A stretch of 64,000 bases of DNA from Candidatus Woesearchaeota archaeon. GTDB taxonomy: Archaea > Nanobdellota > Nanobdellia > Woesearchaeales > GCA-2686295. Shown one piece after another: positions 1 to 9,896 of this stretch. Each line of letters begins with the position of its first letter. Within the stretch, counting starts at the first letter, position 1. A program made the translations under genes and the position numbers. A model generated the notes under the pieces. That model saw only the letters and a program-made list of their open reading frames with translations, searched no databases and was not told the origin of the DNA. The stretch spans positions 5,415 through 69,414 of the forward strand of contig JABMPT010000008.1 of NCBI GenBank assembly GCA_013202845.1, in the 5' to 3' direction.

Positions 1-447
1 AGGAATAAAATACCTGTTATAACCGGGAAAACAACTCCTTTCCACATTGGAAGAGCAGAGGTTTTCAAGAAAGGAACAGATGTAACTATAATTGCTTGTG
101 GAATAATGGTTAACGAAGCATTGAAAGCATCGGAAGAATTGTATAGTCACGGAGTGAATGCTGAATTAATAAACTGCCACACAATAAAGCCCATTGACAA
201 AGCTAAGATAATAGCTTCCGCAAAGAAAACAGGTTGTGTCGTGACAGCAGAAGAACACCAGAAGCATGGTGGATTAGGAAGTGCAGTTGCAGAAGTGATT
301 GTTAAGCATCACCCAGTGCCGATGGAGTTTGTAGCAGTGAATGACAAGTTTGGAGAAAGCGGCAAACCAGACGAATTAATGAAGAAATATGGATTAACTT
401 CTAAAGACATAGTTCATGCAGTGAATAAAGTCGTTAAAAGGAAGTAA
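1..447 (+). CDS. Transketolase C-terminal subunit (5'-truncated by window edge)
   Basis: Frame 1 is open from base 1 (RNKIPVITG...GTDVTIIACGIMV...TIKPID...EEHQKHGGLGSAVAE...DKFGESG), typical transketolase C-terminal motifs. Confidence 0.9.
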   Translation, partial: RNKIPVITGKTTPFHIGRAEVFKKGTDVTIIACGIMVNEALKASEELYSHGVNAELINCHTIKPIDKAKIIASAKKTGCVVTAEEHQKHGGLGSAVAEVIVKHHPVPMEFVAVNDKFGESGKPDELMKKYGLTSKDIVHAVNKVVKRK

Positions 448-452
448 TGCTT

Positions 453-462
453 GCTCGGGGCA
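453..462 (+). repeat. Repeat family P copy 1 (GCTCGGGGCA)
   Basis: Exact 10-mer also at 2037 and 5719 (+) and at 24305, 27665, 32201, 32833 (-). Confidence 0.85.
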
Positions 463-490
463 TAATAGAAGAGATAAGAATCAGATTTAA

Positions 491-1009
491 TTATTTCAAT
501 TTACTAAAATACTTTGAGAACTTCTGAACATATGAATTCTCAATTAAACCTTGTTCTGTTTCACTAGTTAGTCTAAAACCTGTAGCAAGAACAGCGGAAG
601 CAATTCCATTCAAAGGAATCTGCCAAGTAGAAGAAAGCAAAGGATCCTGAGAACCGCCAATAAGATGAGATAAATAAGTTGCACCAAAAGCAAAAGCAGT
701 AGTGCTAACAGTAGAAGTACCAATAGCTAAATTTCTATTAGGAATATTAGTTGCAATATACTGACAAATTCTCGTATTAAAACCGCCGATAAGTAAATTA
801 TAAAAAAACTGATTACGAAAAACAACCGCAGCTTCCAAAGCACCATAATCACTATTAATAAAAGCATTAATGCCGCCAATAAGAAAACCGCTCAAAGCAC
901 CAACCTTATAATTTATACCTTTGGAAGTGAAATCATAAATACGCCTAATAACACCAGGGTGGTTCTTAACAACAGAATCATATTCAGAATCAACTAAATT
1001 CTCATCCAT
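491..1009 (-). CDS. Hypothetical membrane protein
   Basis: 172 aa ORF with several hydrophobic segments and an upstream TATA-like motif. Confidence 0.65.
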   Translation of the reverse strand: MDENLVDSEYDSVVKNHPGVIRRIYDFTSKGINYKVGALSGFLIGGINAFINSDYGALEAAVVFRNQFFYNLLIGGFNTRICQYIATNIPNRNLAIGTSTVSTTAFAFGATYLSHLIGGSQDPLLSSTWQIPLNGIASAVLATGFRLTSETEQGLIENSYVQKFSKYFSKLK

Positions 1010-1072
1010 GCTTAAAGGAAATAAAAATAGTTTATATACTTTAAGAAAAAAGATGAGGGGAAAGAAGGGTTG

Positions 1073-1110
1073 ATAAGTGTTTGGGAGGGGGAGGCGGAAG
1101 GATTTCGGGA
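1073..1110 (+). repeat. Repeat family D copy (AAGTGTTTGGGAG...GCGGA)
   Basis: Similar copies at about 3545-3613, 8136-8210 and 9588-9657. Confidence 0.8.
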
Positions 1111-1141
1111 TGTTTTATACTAAAGTAAAGAATGTGAAACT

Positions 1142-1921
1142 CTATTCTGGGCTTTGGCTTTTCTTCGTTGTTAAAAGAATTGTCTTGTACGGAAGAGAAA
1201 GATTATCTGGCTCATCTTTCAACAACTCAGATAAATCATCTAAAAACTTTTTTGATTCTTCATCAGGTAAAGAACTAACCCATCCCCAAGTCCTTATTAA
1301 TTTAACGTACTTGTCCTTTGTTAATTCTAAATTCCAATAATGGGTGTTTACTTCAGTTGGTTCAAACAAACCACTTGTATCTAACTTATCAATATATCTT
1401 TTTGGTGAACCACAATCAGGAGGAAATATTGGACAATGTTTAAGATATAAATCTCTTACTTGTGCAACTAAACCTCTTTTATCATAATCCTCAAAATTCC
1501 AAAAAGCAGCAAGTGTTCCAGAATCTTTTAATAAATCAGAAATTTTTTTATAACCAACTTCTGGTATAATCCAATGAAGAGCTTGTCCGGAAATAATTAA
1601 ATCAAACGATTCTTTCGACAAATCCACAGTTTCAAATTCTCCAACAACATAACTAACATTTGGTAAAGTTGAAGATTTTTCCCTTGCAATATCAATTAAT
1701 TCTTCACTAAAATCTACTCCAATTACTTGATAACCTCTTTCACCAAATAAAATTGTAGCTCTTCCTGGACCACAACCAATATCTAAAACATCACCATTAT
1801 CTGGAACTCCTGAAATTTCAATAACATCATCAACCACCGAACTAGGATAAGTAGGTCTAGCTTCATCATACAAAGCACTATTTTTTCCAAATTCTTTCTT
1901 TATTTCGTTAGGTGGATCCAT
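1142..1921 (-). CDS. Class I SAM-dependent methyltransferase
   Basis: YDEARPTYP, VLDIGCGPG, FDLIISGQALHW motifs; ATG at 1921 is the more likely start. Confidence 0.85.
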   Translation of the reverse strand: MDPPNEIKKEFGKNSALYDEARPTYPSSVVDDVIEISGVPDNGDVLDIGCGPGRATILFGERGYQVIGVDFSEELIDIAREKSSTLPNVSYVVGEFETVDLSKESFDLIISGQALHWIIPEVGYKKISDLLKDSGTLAAFWNFEDYDKRGLVAQVRDLYLKHCPIFPPDCGSPKRYIDKLDTSGLFEPTEVNTHYWNLELTKDKYVKLIRTWGWVSSLPDEESKKFLDDLSELLKDEPDNLSLPYKTILLTTKKSQSPE

Positions 1922-2000
1922 TATAATTTCCAAAATGAAGAACAAGTTTTTAAGTCTTTACTTTGTTTTGGAAAAAAACTATATTTGAGAGAGAGTAAGA

Positions 2001-2046
2001 GATTGTTTGCTGGTGGCATTGGAAGAAGTGATGTCAGCTCGGGGCA
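2001..2046 (+). repeat. Repeat family C (GTTTGyTGGTGGCAT) followed by P copy 2
   Basis: C copies at about 2001, 5686, 6384 and 9658; P at 2037-2046. Confidence 0.75.
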
Positions 2047-2095
2047 CTATTATTTAGGATAAGAAAAAGGGCATAACTATTTCTATATTGCAAGC

Positions 2096-3430
2096 TTATT
2101 TCTTCCTTTCTTTTCCATCAATATACGCATGCAGGTGATGATATCTCTTTGCGAGTTCTCCTTGATGTGCGATTACCGCTTTTTTGAACAATTTAGGTAT
2201 GTTTAGTTCTAGTCTTTCTTTGCTATAATCTGCTTTTACTAGTTGAGGTATAAATTGTAGTAATGCATCTCCAAATGATTTTGAAGCTTCTCTAGGTAGT
2301 TCTATGGGTAGTTTATCTTGTGCTAGTATTACTGGTCCAAATCCTTCTACTCCATCTTTTACTTTCTCTGTTAATGGTTCATATACATATACTGGGTTTT
2401 CGCTTGTCGTTGCTTTTGTCGTTAGTTCTATTGACCCTTCTATGTCGCATGATATGTCTGCTATTACTCTTAGTTTTGGATTTGGATTGAATTCGTAGAA
2501 TTGTTTCATATAACTTAGTGTTACTAGTCTTGGAAACTTCGGTTCCCAGTATATTCCGTTTACCATTATGCTTAGGTATGGTATAAACTTTTCAAATTTG
2601 CTTGTGAATCTTTCTGGATACTTTCTATATAGATAGCTGTCAAAGTTTCCTCCTTCTTTTTTCATAAGAATGTCTGATTTTTTAAATTCAACTATGTATA
2701 TTACTCCGTTTGAGAATTTTCCTTTTCTATAAAATGCTCCTAGTTCATCAGCAGATATGTTTATGGATGGTAGTAATCTGATGATTTCTTGTGATGCTTT
2801 TGAAACTCTTCCAAATCCTGTGAATCCAATAACAAGTGGTGTTAATTGGTTTGGCAGTCCTTCTTTTTTGATTTTTTTACCTATGTTCTTGATAACTTTT
2901 TTTATTTCAGCTAAACTATCATATGTACATGTTTGTTTTAATTCTTCAAATGGGTTTTCAACTCCATCCCATTTTAATCTTTTACCAAAAATCCATAAGG
3001 CATTAATCATTCCAACATAACCTGCATAATCACCAAAGAATACTACTCTTCTTCCATTATCTCGCTTTACTAGTTCATAATCAATTAAAGTAATTTTTTT
3101 CTTAAGAATTTGCTTGAGCATTCCCATATTGTATTTTTGACCTTTGATTGTATGAGAAAAAAACAAATAAGTTTTGCCTGCTATTAGCTCTTTAGCTGGA
3201 ACTTCTTTTACTCCTAGAATAACTTTACATGGTTTTAAGTCTCTTGAGATAGTTGCACCTGTCGCTCTATATTCTGCATCTTTAAAAATACGTAGTTTTG
3301 AAGGTTGAACTATTACTCCAATATCTTTATGTTCATGAATTAGTTTTTTAACATGCTCTGGTGTTAATACAACTCTTCTCTCATCAACATGGCCTGTTTC
3401 TTTTTTTATACCAATAAACACTTTCTCCAT
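2096..3430 (-). CDS. Lysine-ketoglutarate reductase / saccharopine dehydrogenase-like protein (AlaDH/PNT fold)
   Basis: ERRVVLTP, VILGVKEVP, FFSHTIKGQKYNM, LIDYE, NGIYW, IADISCDIEGSIE, LPIELPREASKSFG. Confidence 0.85.
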   Translation of the reverse strand: MEKVFIGIKKETGHVDERRVVLTPEHVKKLIHEHKDIGVIVQPSKLRIFKDAEYRATGATISRDLKPCKVILGVKEVPAKELIAGKTYLFFSHTIKGQKYNMGMLKQILKKKITLIDYELVKRDNGRRVVFFGDYAGYVGMINALWIFGKRLKWDGVENPFEELKQTCTYDSLAEIKKVIKNIGKKIKKEGLPNQLTPLVIGFTGFGRVSKASQEIIRLLPSINISADELGAFYRKGKFSNGVIYIVEFKKSDILMKKEGGNFDSYLYRKYPERFTSKFEKFIPYLSIMVNGIYWEPKFPRLVTLSYMKQFYEFNPNPKLRVIADISCDIEGSIELTTKATTSENPVYVYEPLTEKVKDGVEGFGPVILAQDKLPIELPREASKSFGDALLQFIPQLVKADYSKERLELNIPKLFKKAVIAHQGELAKRYHHLHAYIDGKERKK

Positions 3431-3544
3431 AAAAGTAATAATTTCATGTCAGGCTTTAAACTTTCCTATTTCTCAAATAATCTTTTGAATCATAAAAGAA
3501 TATTTAAAGGTTTTACAAATATAGAGTAACATCAATATATTTGT

Positions 3545-3613
3545 TTTCGACATGAAGAAATGTTGAACAGAGTTGTTTAATAAGTGTTTGGGAGGGAAAA
3601 GCGGAAGATTTTG
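3545..3613 (+). repeat. Repeat family D copy
   Basis: TTTCGACATGAAGAAATGTTGA...GTTTAATAAGTGTTTGGGAGGGAAAAGCGGAAGA; abuts the stop of the radical SAM gene. Confidence 0.85.
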
Positions 3614-3616
3614 AAC

Positions 3617-4450
3617 TTATTCAACAGCTGCTGGAATTTTAGGAGCTCCATCAAACAATATTGTATTCTCAGGGATTTTTTCCTTCATTGTGCCAAACTT
3701 AATGTGACAATTAATACTATTCTTTTTACAGAATTCTATAACTTGTGTTGCACATTTTTCATAAAATTCCTCATTACCATTTCTAAACATACTGCTTTCC
3801 ACATTATAATTCAACTTTCCAAAAATGATGGTGTCTACAAAAGAAATTTTGTTTAATATTTCTAACAGGTTTTGCTTTTGTATACTCTCAGGAGGGTATG
3901 GCTCAACACTAACCCATGTTTTCAATCCTTGGTCATGAAGATATTTTAATGCTGCAATCCTTTTTTCATAAGGAGCGCTATAAGGTTCCCATTTTTTCTT
4001 ATAATTATTATCAAGAGAAACTAGAGTAATTCCATATTCATTATTAGCACCGAATTTTTCAATGTTCTTCAAAACTTTAGGATAAATTCCTTTTGTTAAA
4101 ACAGTGCATTTAATATTGTCCTTGTTAAGTCTTGCAATGATTCTCAGCGTTAAATGTTCAACTTCTTTATAACCACACATGAAAGGGTCTGTCATAAAGC
4201 ATAGATGAACAAATTTTATCTCATCTTTGTATTTTGGAATTTCCTTATCTAAGATTTCAATCGCATTTTCGACGATTTTAGGTTTTAGCCAGTCATGATA
4301 AGTTTTGACTCTCCCAAACCTTTTAGCCATATTGAAAGCATAGCAAGGAAAAGTACACCCATGAGAACAACCTTCAACATGATTGATACAGAAATCAGCG
4401 TATTCAACACCACTTTTATACAAAAGACTCTTCCTTTTAACACTCTCCAA
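3617..4450 (-). CDS. Radical SAM protein (SPL-like), CX3CX3C variant motif
   Basis: GCSHGCTFPCYA, FMTDPF, VLTKG, TWVSVEP. Confidence 0.85.
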   Translation of the reverse strand: MESVKRKSLLYKSGVEYADFCINHVEGCSHGCTFPCYAFNMAKRFGRVKTYHDWLKPKIVENAIEILDKEIPKYKDEIKFVHLCFMTDPFMCGYKEVEHLTLRIIARLNKDNIKCTVLTKGIYPKVLKNIEKFGANNEYGITLVSLDNNYKKKWEPYSAPYEKRIAALKYLHDQGLKTWVSVEPYPPESIQKQNLLEILNKISFVDTIIFGKLNYNVESSMFRNGNEEFYEKCATQVIEFCKKNSINCHIKFGTMKEKIPENTILFDGAPKIPAAVE

Positions 4451-4513
4451 GTCCTAACACCTCATACTTCACCCTTTTTACAATAAAATAATAATAGTAT
4501 ATAATAGTTTTGA

Positions 4514-5599
4514 TTATGAAAATATCACTGAATCTTCTTCATTTAAACCAGTTCTTGGCTTTCCGGTTTTAGTTTCTTTCTCAAATCGGTCTATTTTGGC
4601 TTTGCCTTCAATCTCAAGTTCTTTAATAACTTGACGAAAATGTTTTACAAGATAAACTGTTTCATCTAACTGATCACAAATGATTTCTTGAAAGGTTTTT
4701 GTTTTTTTCGAATATTCAGATAATAAATATTTTTTTAATTCTTTGAATTTTATATCATCATAGTCAAAAAAAGTCATTTGATTCTGATTCCTTCCTCTAT
4801 ATTCAACGCGTCCATGATTATATTTAGCGAAAGAACTCTTCATTATCTCACATCCTAGATAATAATTTGTTAAATGAAATAAATAATAATAAGTTCTTTT
4901 CATTAAAGGAAAACTTATTTTAAAAGGATATACAAATTCACAGAACTCTTTTAGTTTTAGACGATAAAGTTCTATTGTTTTATTTTCTTTATCTTGACCT
5001 GAGAACTTATTTAGAGATTTCCATTCATCAGAACCGAATAAGTCAGTCAAAACATTGCTAGCTTGTTCAACATTCAAATTTCTTATTATACCATCATACA
5101 TAAAATTTAAGAAAATCTCTGATTTCGGAATTTTCATCATTTTTTTTAAAGTTGTTAACTTGATTTTAAATCCGAAAGGATCAACAAAGAAAAAGGATGG
5201 GGCTAAATTTGTATGTTTGTCTAGAATTTTATTTATTGCTTTATCAAAATCTGAATTAATAAACTTAACTTCAACATCTAACTTTCTAAGTTCGAGAATT
5301 GTTTTAATATTATCAAGGTTTGATTGTTTGCTATCAATTATAATAAGACATGCGTCTCTTTTTAGACCTTCACTATTTTTTTTAATTATTTCCGCCGCAA
5401 GTATTGGAGAACCATAAAAAATTGATTCTTTATATTCATAGGCTCCAATTCCGCCAAACCCATCAAAATAATTTAAAGGACTAGATTTTCCAACAATTTT
5501 AATCCATTTATCAAAATAATCTGCAAATACCAAATGTTTTATTTTAGTGTGTTCTTGATATTTCCAAGTTTTAAAAGGGAGTTTTGTTTCTTTCATCAC
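4514..5599 (-). CDS. tcmP: Three-Cys-motif partner protein (TcmP family, methyltransferase-like fold with C-terminal wHTH)
   Basis: EHTKIKH..., YFDGFGGIG, GSP, FFFVDPFG, SEIFLNFM; adjacent radical SAM partner gene. Confidence 0.8.
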   Translation of the reverse strand: MMKETKLPFKTWKYQEHTKIKHLVFADYFDKWIKIVGKSSPLNYFDGFGGIGAYEYKESIFYGSPILAAEIIKKNSEGLKRDACLIIIDSKQSNLDNIKTILELRKLDVEVKFINSDFDKAINKILDKHTNLAPSFFFVDPFGFKIKLTTLKKMMKIPKSEIFLNFMYDGIIRNLNVEQASNVLTDLFGSDEWKSLNKFSGQDKENKTIELYRLKLKEFCEFVYPFKISFPLMKRTYYYLFHLTNYYLGCEIMKSSFAKYNHGRVEYRGRNQNQMTFFDYDDIKFKELKKYLLSEYSKKTKTFQEIICDQLDETVYLVKHFRQVIKELEIEGKAKIDRFEKETKTGKPRTGLNEEDSVIFS

Positions 5600-5685
5600 A
5601 AAAAAGGTTGTTTATTATTATGGTAGTTTTGTATTTATATACTTTATGTGACCATGTCCAGTGCTGGAAACTTATTCATCAGAAG

Positions 5686-5728
5686 GATTGTTTGTTGGTG
5701 GCATAAGAATTAATGTCCGCTCGGGGCA
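5686..5728 (+). repeat. Repeat C plus P copy 3 (overlaps the 3' end of the 5710-6267 ORF)
   Basis: GATTGTTTGTTGGTGGCATAAGAATTAATGTCCGCTCGGGGCA. Confidence 0.8.
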
Positions 5729-6267
5729 TATTTATTCTTTTTTAAAAGAACCACTTTCCAAGTCACTTTTCCATCCTTATTCATTTTTACTTCAGGACGA
5801 ATATTGTAATTCGGCTCAATTTTACACTGTTCACAAGCAATCATATAGAGCACCGCAACTAATAATACACTATACACATGAAACTTTTGCCAATCATTAG
5901 AAGAACTAACTGCCTTAAGTAATTCTGCATTATCTGTATGAAACAATAACTCCATATTTTCAAGTTTCTTATTAACATCTTCAATAGTTACAGTAATTGA
6001 ATGAACGAGTTTATTTCTCAAATCAATAATTAATTTGATAAGATTGTAAGCACGTTTTTCTAAAACACCTTTACTCAAAAGAGCTTTACATCTTTCCTTA
6101 AGCGTTCCTTTAACACCCATCTTCTTACAAATAAAAAGTAAGTAATGCTCCATGTATAAATCAATATACAAAATAAGAACTCGAACGTCAAAAGTAGGTT
6201 TTTGACGTACTATTCCTTCAATGTCATTATAAAACGATATTAAATTAACAATTTTCTTCATAAACAT
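5710..6267 (-). CDS. Hypothetical protein, putative HEPN/MtlR-like domain
   Basis: Helical protein with RNKLVH (RxxxxH) motif. Confidence 0.55.
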   Translation of the reverse strand: MFMKKIVNLISFYNDIEGIVRQKPTFDVRVLILYIDLYMEHYLLFICKKMGVKGTLKERCKALLSKGVLEKRAYNLIKLIIDLRNKLVHSITVTIEDVNKKLENMELLFHTDNAELLKAVSSSNDWQKFHVYSVLLVAVLYMIACEQCKIEPNYNIRPEVKMNKDGKVTWKVVLLKKNKYAPSGH

Positions 6268-6305
6268 AAAAATACTTCTTGTATGTATTTAATTATTTTC
6301 TTTTT

Positions 6306-6400
6306 CTTAAATAACCACACAACAAAAACAACCTTTTCAAGAGTGAATCCGGAAAGAATCACAGGAACAAGCGAGGAAGGATAGTTTGTTGGTGGCATAG
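6306..6400 (+). repeat. Repeat family A/B (+C)
   Basis: TAAATAACCACACAA...GAGTGAATC..GAAAGAATCACAGGAACAAGCGAG; the 24-mer at 6352-6375 is identical to 15004-15027; partial copies at about 6890-6920 and 16222-16250. Confidence 0.8.
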
Positions 6401-6581
6401 GAGGAAGTGATAAAGAAGAAGAATAATCATCGGGGTTATTATGGAAAGCAATAGATGTTGTATATGAGAATAAAATGTTTTCATCCTTCGAATATTGGAT
6501 ACGGGATGCAGACAAAAGCACACCAAGTGTGAAAACGGCAAAGAGAAAAATTACTAAAATTCTTGCTAATCCCGACAAATC

Positions 6582-6776
6582 TTATCTCACTCTGTACTCA
6601 TAAGCGTTTCTCCTACCGGCGTTCTTATACGTGAGGAGGTTTGTTTTCCTCAGCTTCTTCAGAGACATGGTCACTGAACCAATAGAAACTTTCAATCTTT
6701 TAGCAATATCTTTAGATGCAAACCATCTTCCTTTGTTCTTACACAGAAAATCATACACTTCTTGCTGCCCCATCAA
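6582..6776 (-). CDS. Small winged-HTH transcription regulator
   Basis: SKDIAKRLKVSIGSVTMSLKKL HTH pattern; SD-like GTGGTGA upstream. Confidence 0.8.
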   Translation of the reverse strand: MMGQQEVYDFLCKNKGRWFASKDIAKRLKVSIGSVTMSLKKLRKTNLLTYKNAGRRNAYEYRVR

Positions 6777-6936
6777 AAATCACCACTTATGATTTTTGTG
6801 AGTCTCAAAAAAGTCTTTTTTTGTTGCCCCATAATTACCGCTCTTTATGTATTTGAAACGTTGCAGTATATAAGCCTTTGTTTTTATATAGCAACATCCG
6901 TAAACAACCACAGAACAATCGAGAAAATTATTTTAT

Positions 6937-7668
6937 TCATATTTCAACTCCCTTCTTTTTTAAGTATATAAAAATAGGACCAGTGATCAAAGCAATAATC
7001 ATAACCAAGAGACTTCCATATAGAAATCTATCTAGTAAATACCAAACTGGTTTAAAATAAAAGAAGTACCTGATAGCAACTTTTAGCCCATGTATAATGA
7101 TGGAATATAAAACTCCTAGAACCAGCACATTTGAAATATTAAAATCCCCATAAGTTTTTATGAGTTTGATTAAAGAAAAAACAATCATTAAAGCCCATAA
7201 AGCCTGAGTTAAGTTTAGGAAATATGGTATGTTGTACTTTAAACCGATTACATATTGCGAAATGGCTATCAATATTGCTCCCAAAACATAATATCTTATT
7301 GGCCAAAGATATTCTTTTAGAGTTTTGCCAGCGATTCTAGTTTTAAAAACGAATAGCAACATCAATGTGATTACGACTGTTATCAATGGGATAAGAAAGA
7401 ACAGGTCATTGTATTTTTTTTGCAGGCTCAGAGGAAGGATTCTGCTTTGTTCTTCCCGCGGACATGGAACCAAATCATCCCCCGCATAACATTTTTCTGT
7501 TTGTTCAACAAGAGTGGTGGCTCTATCAAGTTTGTCTTCTTCAATACAATCCTCTGGACATAAATCATAATTTTCATTGCTTAAATCACAAAATCCATCT
7601 CCGCAAATCGCCTGGACTAAAGATATATTTATCAGAATAATAAGAATTAAAAAACAAATTCTTTTCAT
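6937..7668 (-). CDS. Membrane protein with signal peptide and CGDGxC Cys-rich domain
   Basis: N-terminal signal, ICGDGFCD...CPEDC, about 5 TM segments. Confidence 0.7.
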   Translation of the reverse strand: MKRICFLILIILINISLVQAICGDGFCDLSNENYDLCPEDCIEEDKLDRATTLVEQTEKCYAGDDLVPCPREEQSRILPLSLQKKYNDLFFLIPLITVVITLMLLFVFKTRIAGKTLKEYLWPIRYYVLGAILIAISQYVIGLKYNIPYFLNLTQALWALMIVFSLIKLIKTYGDFNISNVLVLGVLYSIIIHGLKVAIRYFFYFKPVWYLLDRFLYGSLLVMIIALITGPIFIYLKKKGVEI

Positions 7669-7822
7669 TTTTTACCTCTTTTTAAATAATATTAACTAAT
7701 CCACTATTTAAATATACTTAAAAAATATCTTTTTTTGGTACAAAGAAATTGTCTTACTTTTATCGAATTTCTATGACTTCTCAAAATGCCCCTTTATCCT
7801 TGTTCTTGATGTCCCACATTTA

Positions 7823-8059
7823 TCAACCAATCCTTCCCATCATCTCCCCACAATACTCCTCAACATCATCATGTTCCAAAACAATTATGTCCTCTCTGTC
7901 ATAAAACAAATCATAGCACTCATGCTCATCCATCAGCTTCTCTTCCATCTCAGCAACCTCGTTCTTCAACTCCTGAACCTTGCTCATCGCTATCAACAAC
8001 GCAAATAACAGTATCAAAGCCAAAGTCCTCGGCTCAAATATCCTGCGTATGAATTTCAT
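7823..8059 (-). CDS. Small hypothetical membrane-anchored protein
   Basis: 78 aa, one hydrophobic helix, SD-like GAGAGG upstream. Confidence 0.55.
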   Translation of the reverse strand: MKFIRRIFEPRTLALILLFALLIAMSKVQELKNEVAEMEEKLMDEHECYDLFYDREDIIVLEHDDVEEYCGEMMGRIG

Positions 8060-8135
8060 TTTATTTTAACCTCTCCTTGATATCAACATCCTTCTTCTTG
8101 TACTCCTCCCATCCTTCAGGAGTACAAAAATCACT

Positions 8136-8210
8136 GTTTTCGCCATGAAGAATTGATGAGAGAGGTGTTTAACAAGTGTTTGGGAGAAAAAAGCGGAGGA
8201 AATGCGGGAA
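8136..8210 (+). repeat. Repeat family D copy
   Basis: TTTTCGCCATGAAGAATTGATGA...GTTTAACAAGTGTTTGGGAGAAAAAAGCGGAGGA. Confidence 0.8.
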
Positions 8211-8216
8211 GAAAGA

Positions 8217-9491
8217 CTATTTTATTAGATGTATTTTCTCTTGTATCGGAACAAACAATTCAAATCCGTTTTTTGTAACAACACCATCTACTTCAATAGA
8301 AGCACCATTTGCCACTTGCATTCTTGGTTCTATTGTCATTACATAACCGGCTCTTAGCGGTAATTGAGAAGTTGGGTTAACATCATCTCTTCCTTCAGTT
8401 GATCCTTCATTAGTATAATCTAAAAACTTAGGACCAAAAGAAACGCCCGGAGCATGTGTTCCTCCAGCACCTAATTGATGTCCTGTGCTATGCATGTAAG
8501 GTGGATAGCCTGCATTAACAATTACATCTCTTGAAGCTTTATCAACCTCCCAACCTGCAACTCCAGGTTTTGCTGCTAACATCCCTGCTTTAATTGAATC
8601 ATTAAGCAATCCAAACATTTTTTGCACATGTTCAGGAGCTTCAGTTTCTCTATCTTTCAAGACATATCCAAAGTGTTGCAAGTCGCCATGGTAACCATTA
8701 ACACTCAATCCAAAATCAATATAAACTGTTGCTCCAGGATCAATAACCCTGTCTGATGGCTTCATATGCGGACTTCCTGCAATGCCTTCCCCAGTTAAAA
8801 CAATTGGATTACGTTCTTTCTCCCAGCTATAACCCAGTTTATTATTGCCTGAAATTCTCTCATCAGAAATTTTATGGAGAAGATCAGCAACATTTTTTTC
8901 TGTCATTCCAGATTTTATCAGCCCAAATCCTTCAATTAAAACATCATTTGTTACCTGAGCTGCTTCTCTCAGCAGATCTATCTCGTATGGGAGCTTTGTA
9001 CTTGCTATAGTGAATATTAATTGATCCGCAGATATAAATGCTTGTTCCTTTGGTTTATCGATTGAGAAATAACCTTCACGCCAGAGTTCTGTTGAAAGAT
9101 TTCTGAAACTTCCGTGACCTAAAGTGTCGACATTTGTGAATTCTTCAGAATAGTTTATTGCCATAGGAGCAACGCCATTTTCTCCTACAATAGAAGCTAA
9201 GTTTTTAGCTACTGTTGGAAAGACATTTCTTCCCTCCATCCTTATTGTCTCGAAACCATATTGCTTTTGAATTTCTAATTCGATATCATGAGAAACAGCA
9301 ACCGTTCGTGTTGGAGTTAGTATATAAGCACGAGGAGATGAACCAGATGGAGCCCCAATTAGTGGCAAATGCGCCTTCTCAGCCTTATTATCTGCAACAA
9401 GTGTAATCCACACAGGAATATCCAACTGCCCCATAATCTCTTGAGCTTGTTTTCTCTTGGCTAAACATTGCTCTAAGTTTGAATCCCCCAT
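8217..9491 (-). CDS. M24 family (Xaa-Pro) aminopeptidase
   Basis: PH, IDFG...YHGDLQ, HSTGHQLG...H, TIEP, IEVD metal-ligand motifs. Confidence 0.88.
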   Translation of the reverse strand: MGDSNLEQCLAKRKQAQEIMGQLDIPVWITLVADNKAEKAHLPLIGAPSGSSPRAYILTPTRTVAVSHDIELEIQKQYGFETIRMEGRNVFPTVAKNLASIVGENGVAPMAINYSEEFTNVDTLGHGSFRNLSTELWREGYFSIDKPKEQAFISADQLIFTIASTKLPYEIDLLREAAQVTNDVLIEGFGLIKSGMTEKNVADLLHKISDERISGNNKLGYSWEKERNPIVLTGEGIAGSPHMKPSDRVIDPGATVYIDFGLSVNGYHGDLQHFGYVLKDRETEAPEHVQKMFGLLNDSIKAGMLAAKPGVAGWEVDKASRDVIVNAGYPPYMHSTGHQLGAGGTHAPGVSFGPKFLDYTNEGSTEGRDDVNPTSQLPLRAGYVMTIEPRMQVANGASIEVDGVVTKNGFELFVPIQEKIHLIK

Positions 9492-9587
9492 ATTAAAAAC
9501 AGGTAATCTAAATTTATATATAAGTATTGTGGAATATCACTTCTTCCCACCCTTTTTATATAAAAAAGTAACCAAACTAATGGTCAA

Positions 9588-9680
9588 TTTCGACATGAAG
9601 AAATGTTGATAGAAGTGTTTAATAAGTGTTTGGGAGAGGAAAGCGGAGGAATTGCGAGTTGTTTGTTGGTGGCATAAGAA
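9588..9680 (+). repeat. Repeat family D joined to C
   Basis: D copy immediately followed by GTTGTTTGTTGGTGGCATAAGAA. Confidence 0.85.
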
Positions 9681-9749
9681 GGTTTCTGAAACGAAAAATA
9701 GAAATATTTATATGCATTTGTGTATATTTGTAGTTACGGGGGATATAAA

Positions 9750-9896
9750 ATGGAATCGAAGAATATCACTTTAAGAGTCAATTCAAAATTGTATGATGGT
9801 TATAAGCAATTTTGCAAGAAGAAGGGATTATTGATATCGAGACAAGTTGAAATTATGATGGAAAAACAGTTTAAAGAGAGACAAAAAAATGACTGA
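9750..9896 (+). CDS. Ribbon-helix-helix (CopG/Arc-like) regulator, 48 aa, not in ORF track
   Basis: MESKNITLRVNSKLYDGYKQFCKKKGLLISRQVEIMMEKQFKERQKND; GGGGGA SD-like motif; overlaps the start of the next gene. Confidence 0.75.
   Translation: MESKNITLRVNSKLYDGYKQFCKKKGLLISRQVEIMMEKQFKERQKND

Noticed and set aside
1077..3856. ORFs starting MFGR at 1077 and 3584
   Set aside because: The shared start is just the D repeat (GTGTTTGGGAG); the rest is antisense to real genes
6258..6578. 106-aa and 60-aa minus-strand ORFs
   Set aside because: Non-ATG starts; they run through non-coding repeats A/B and C, so probably spurious
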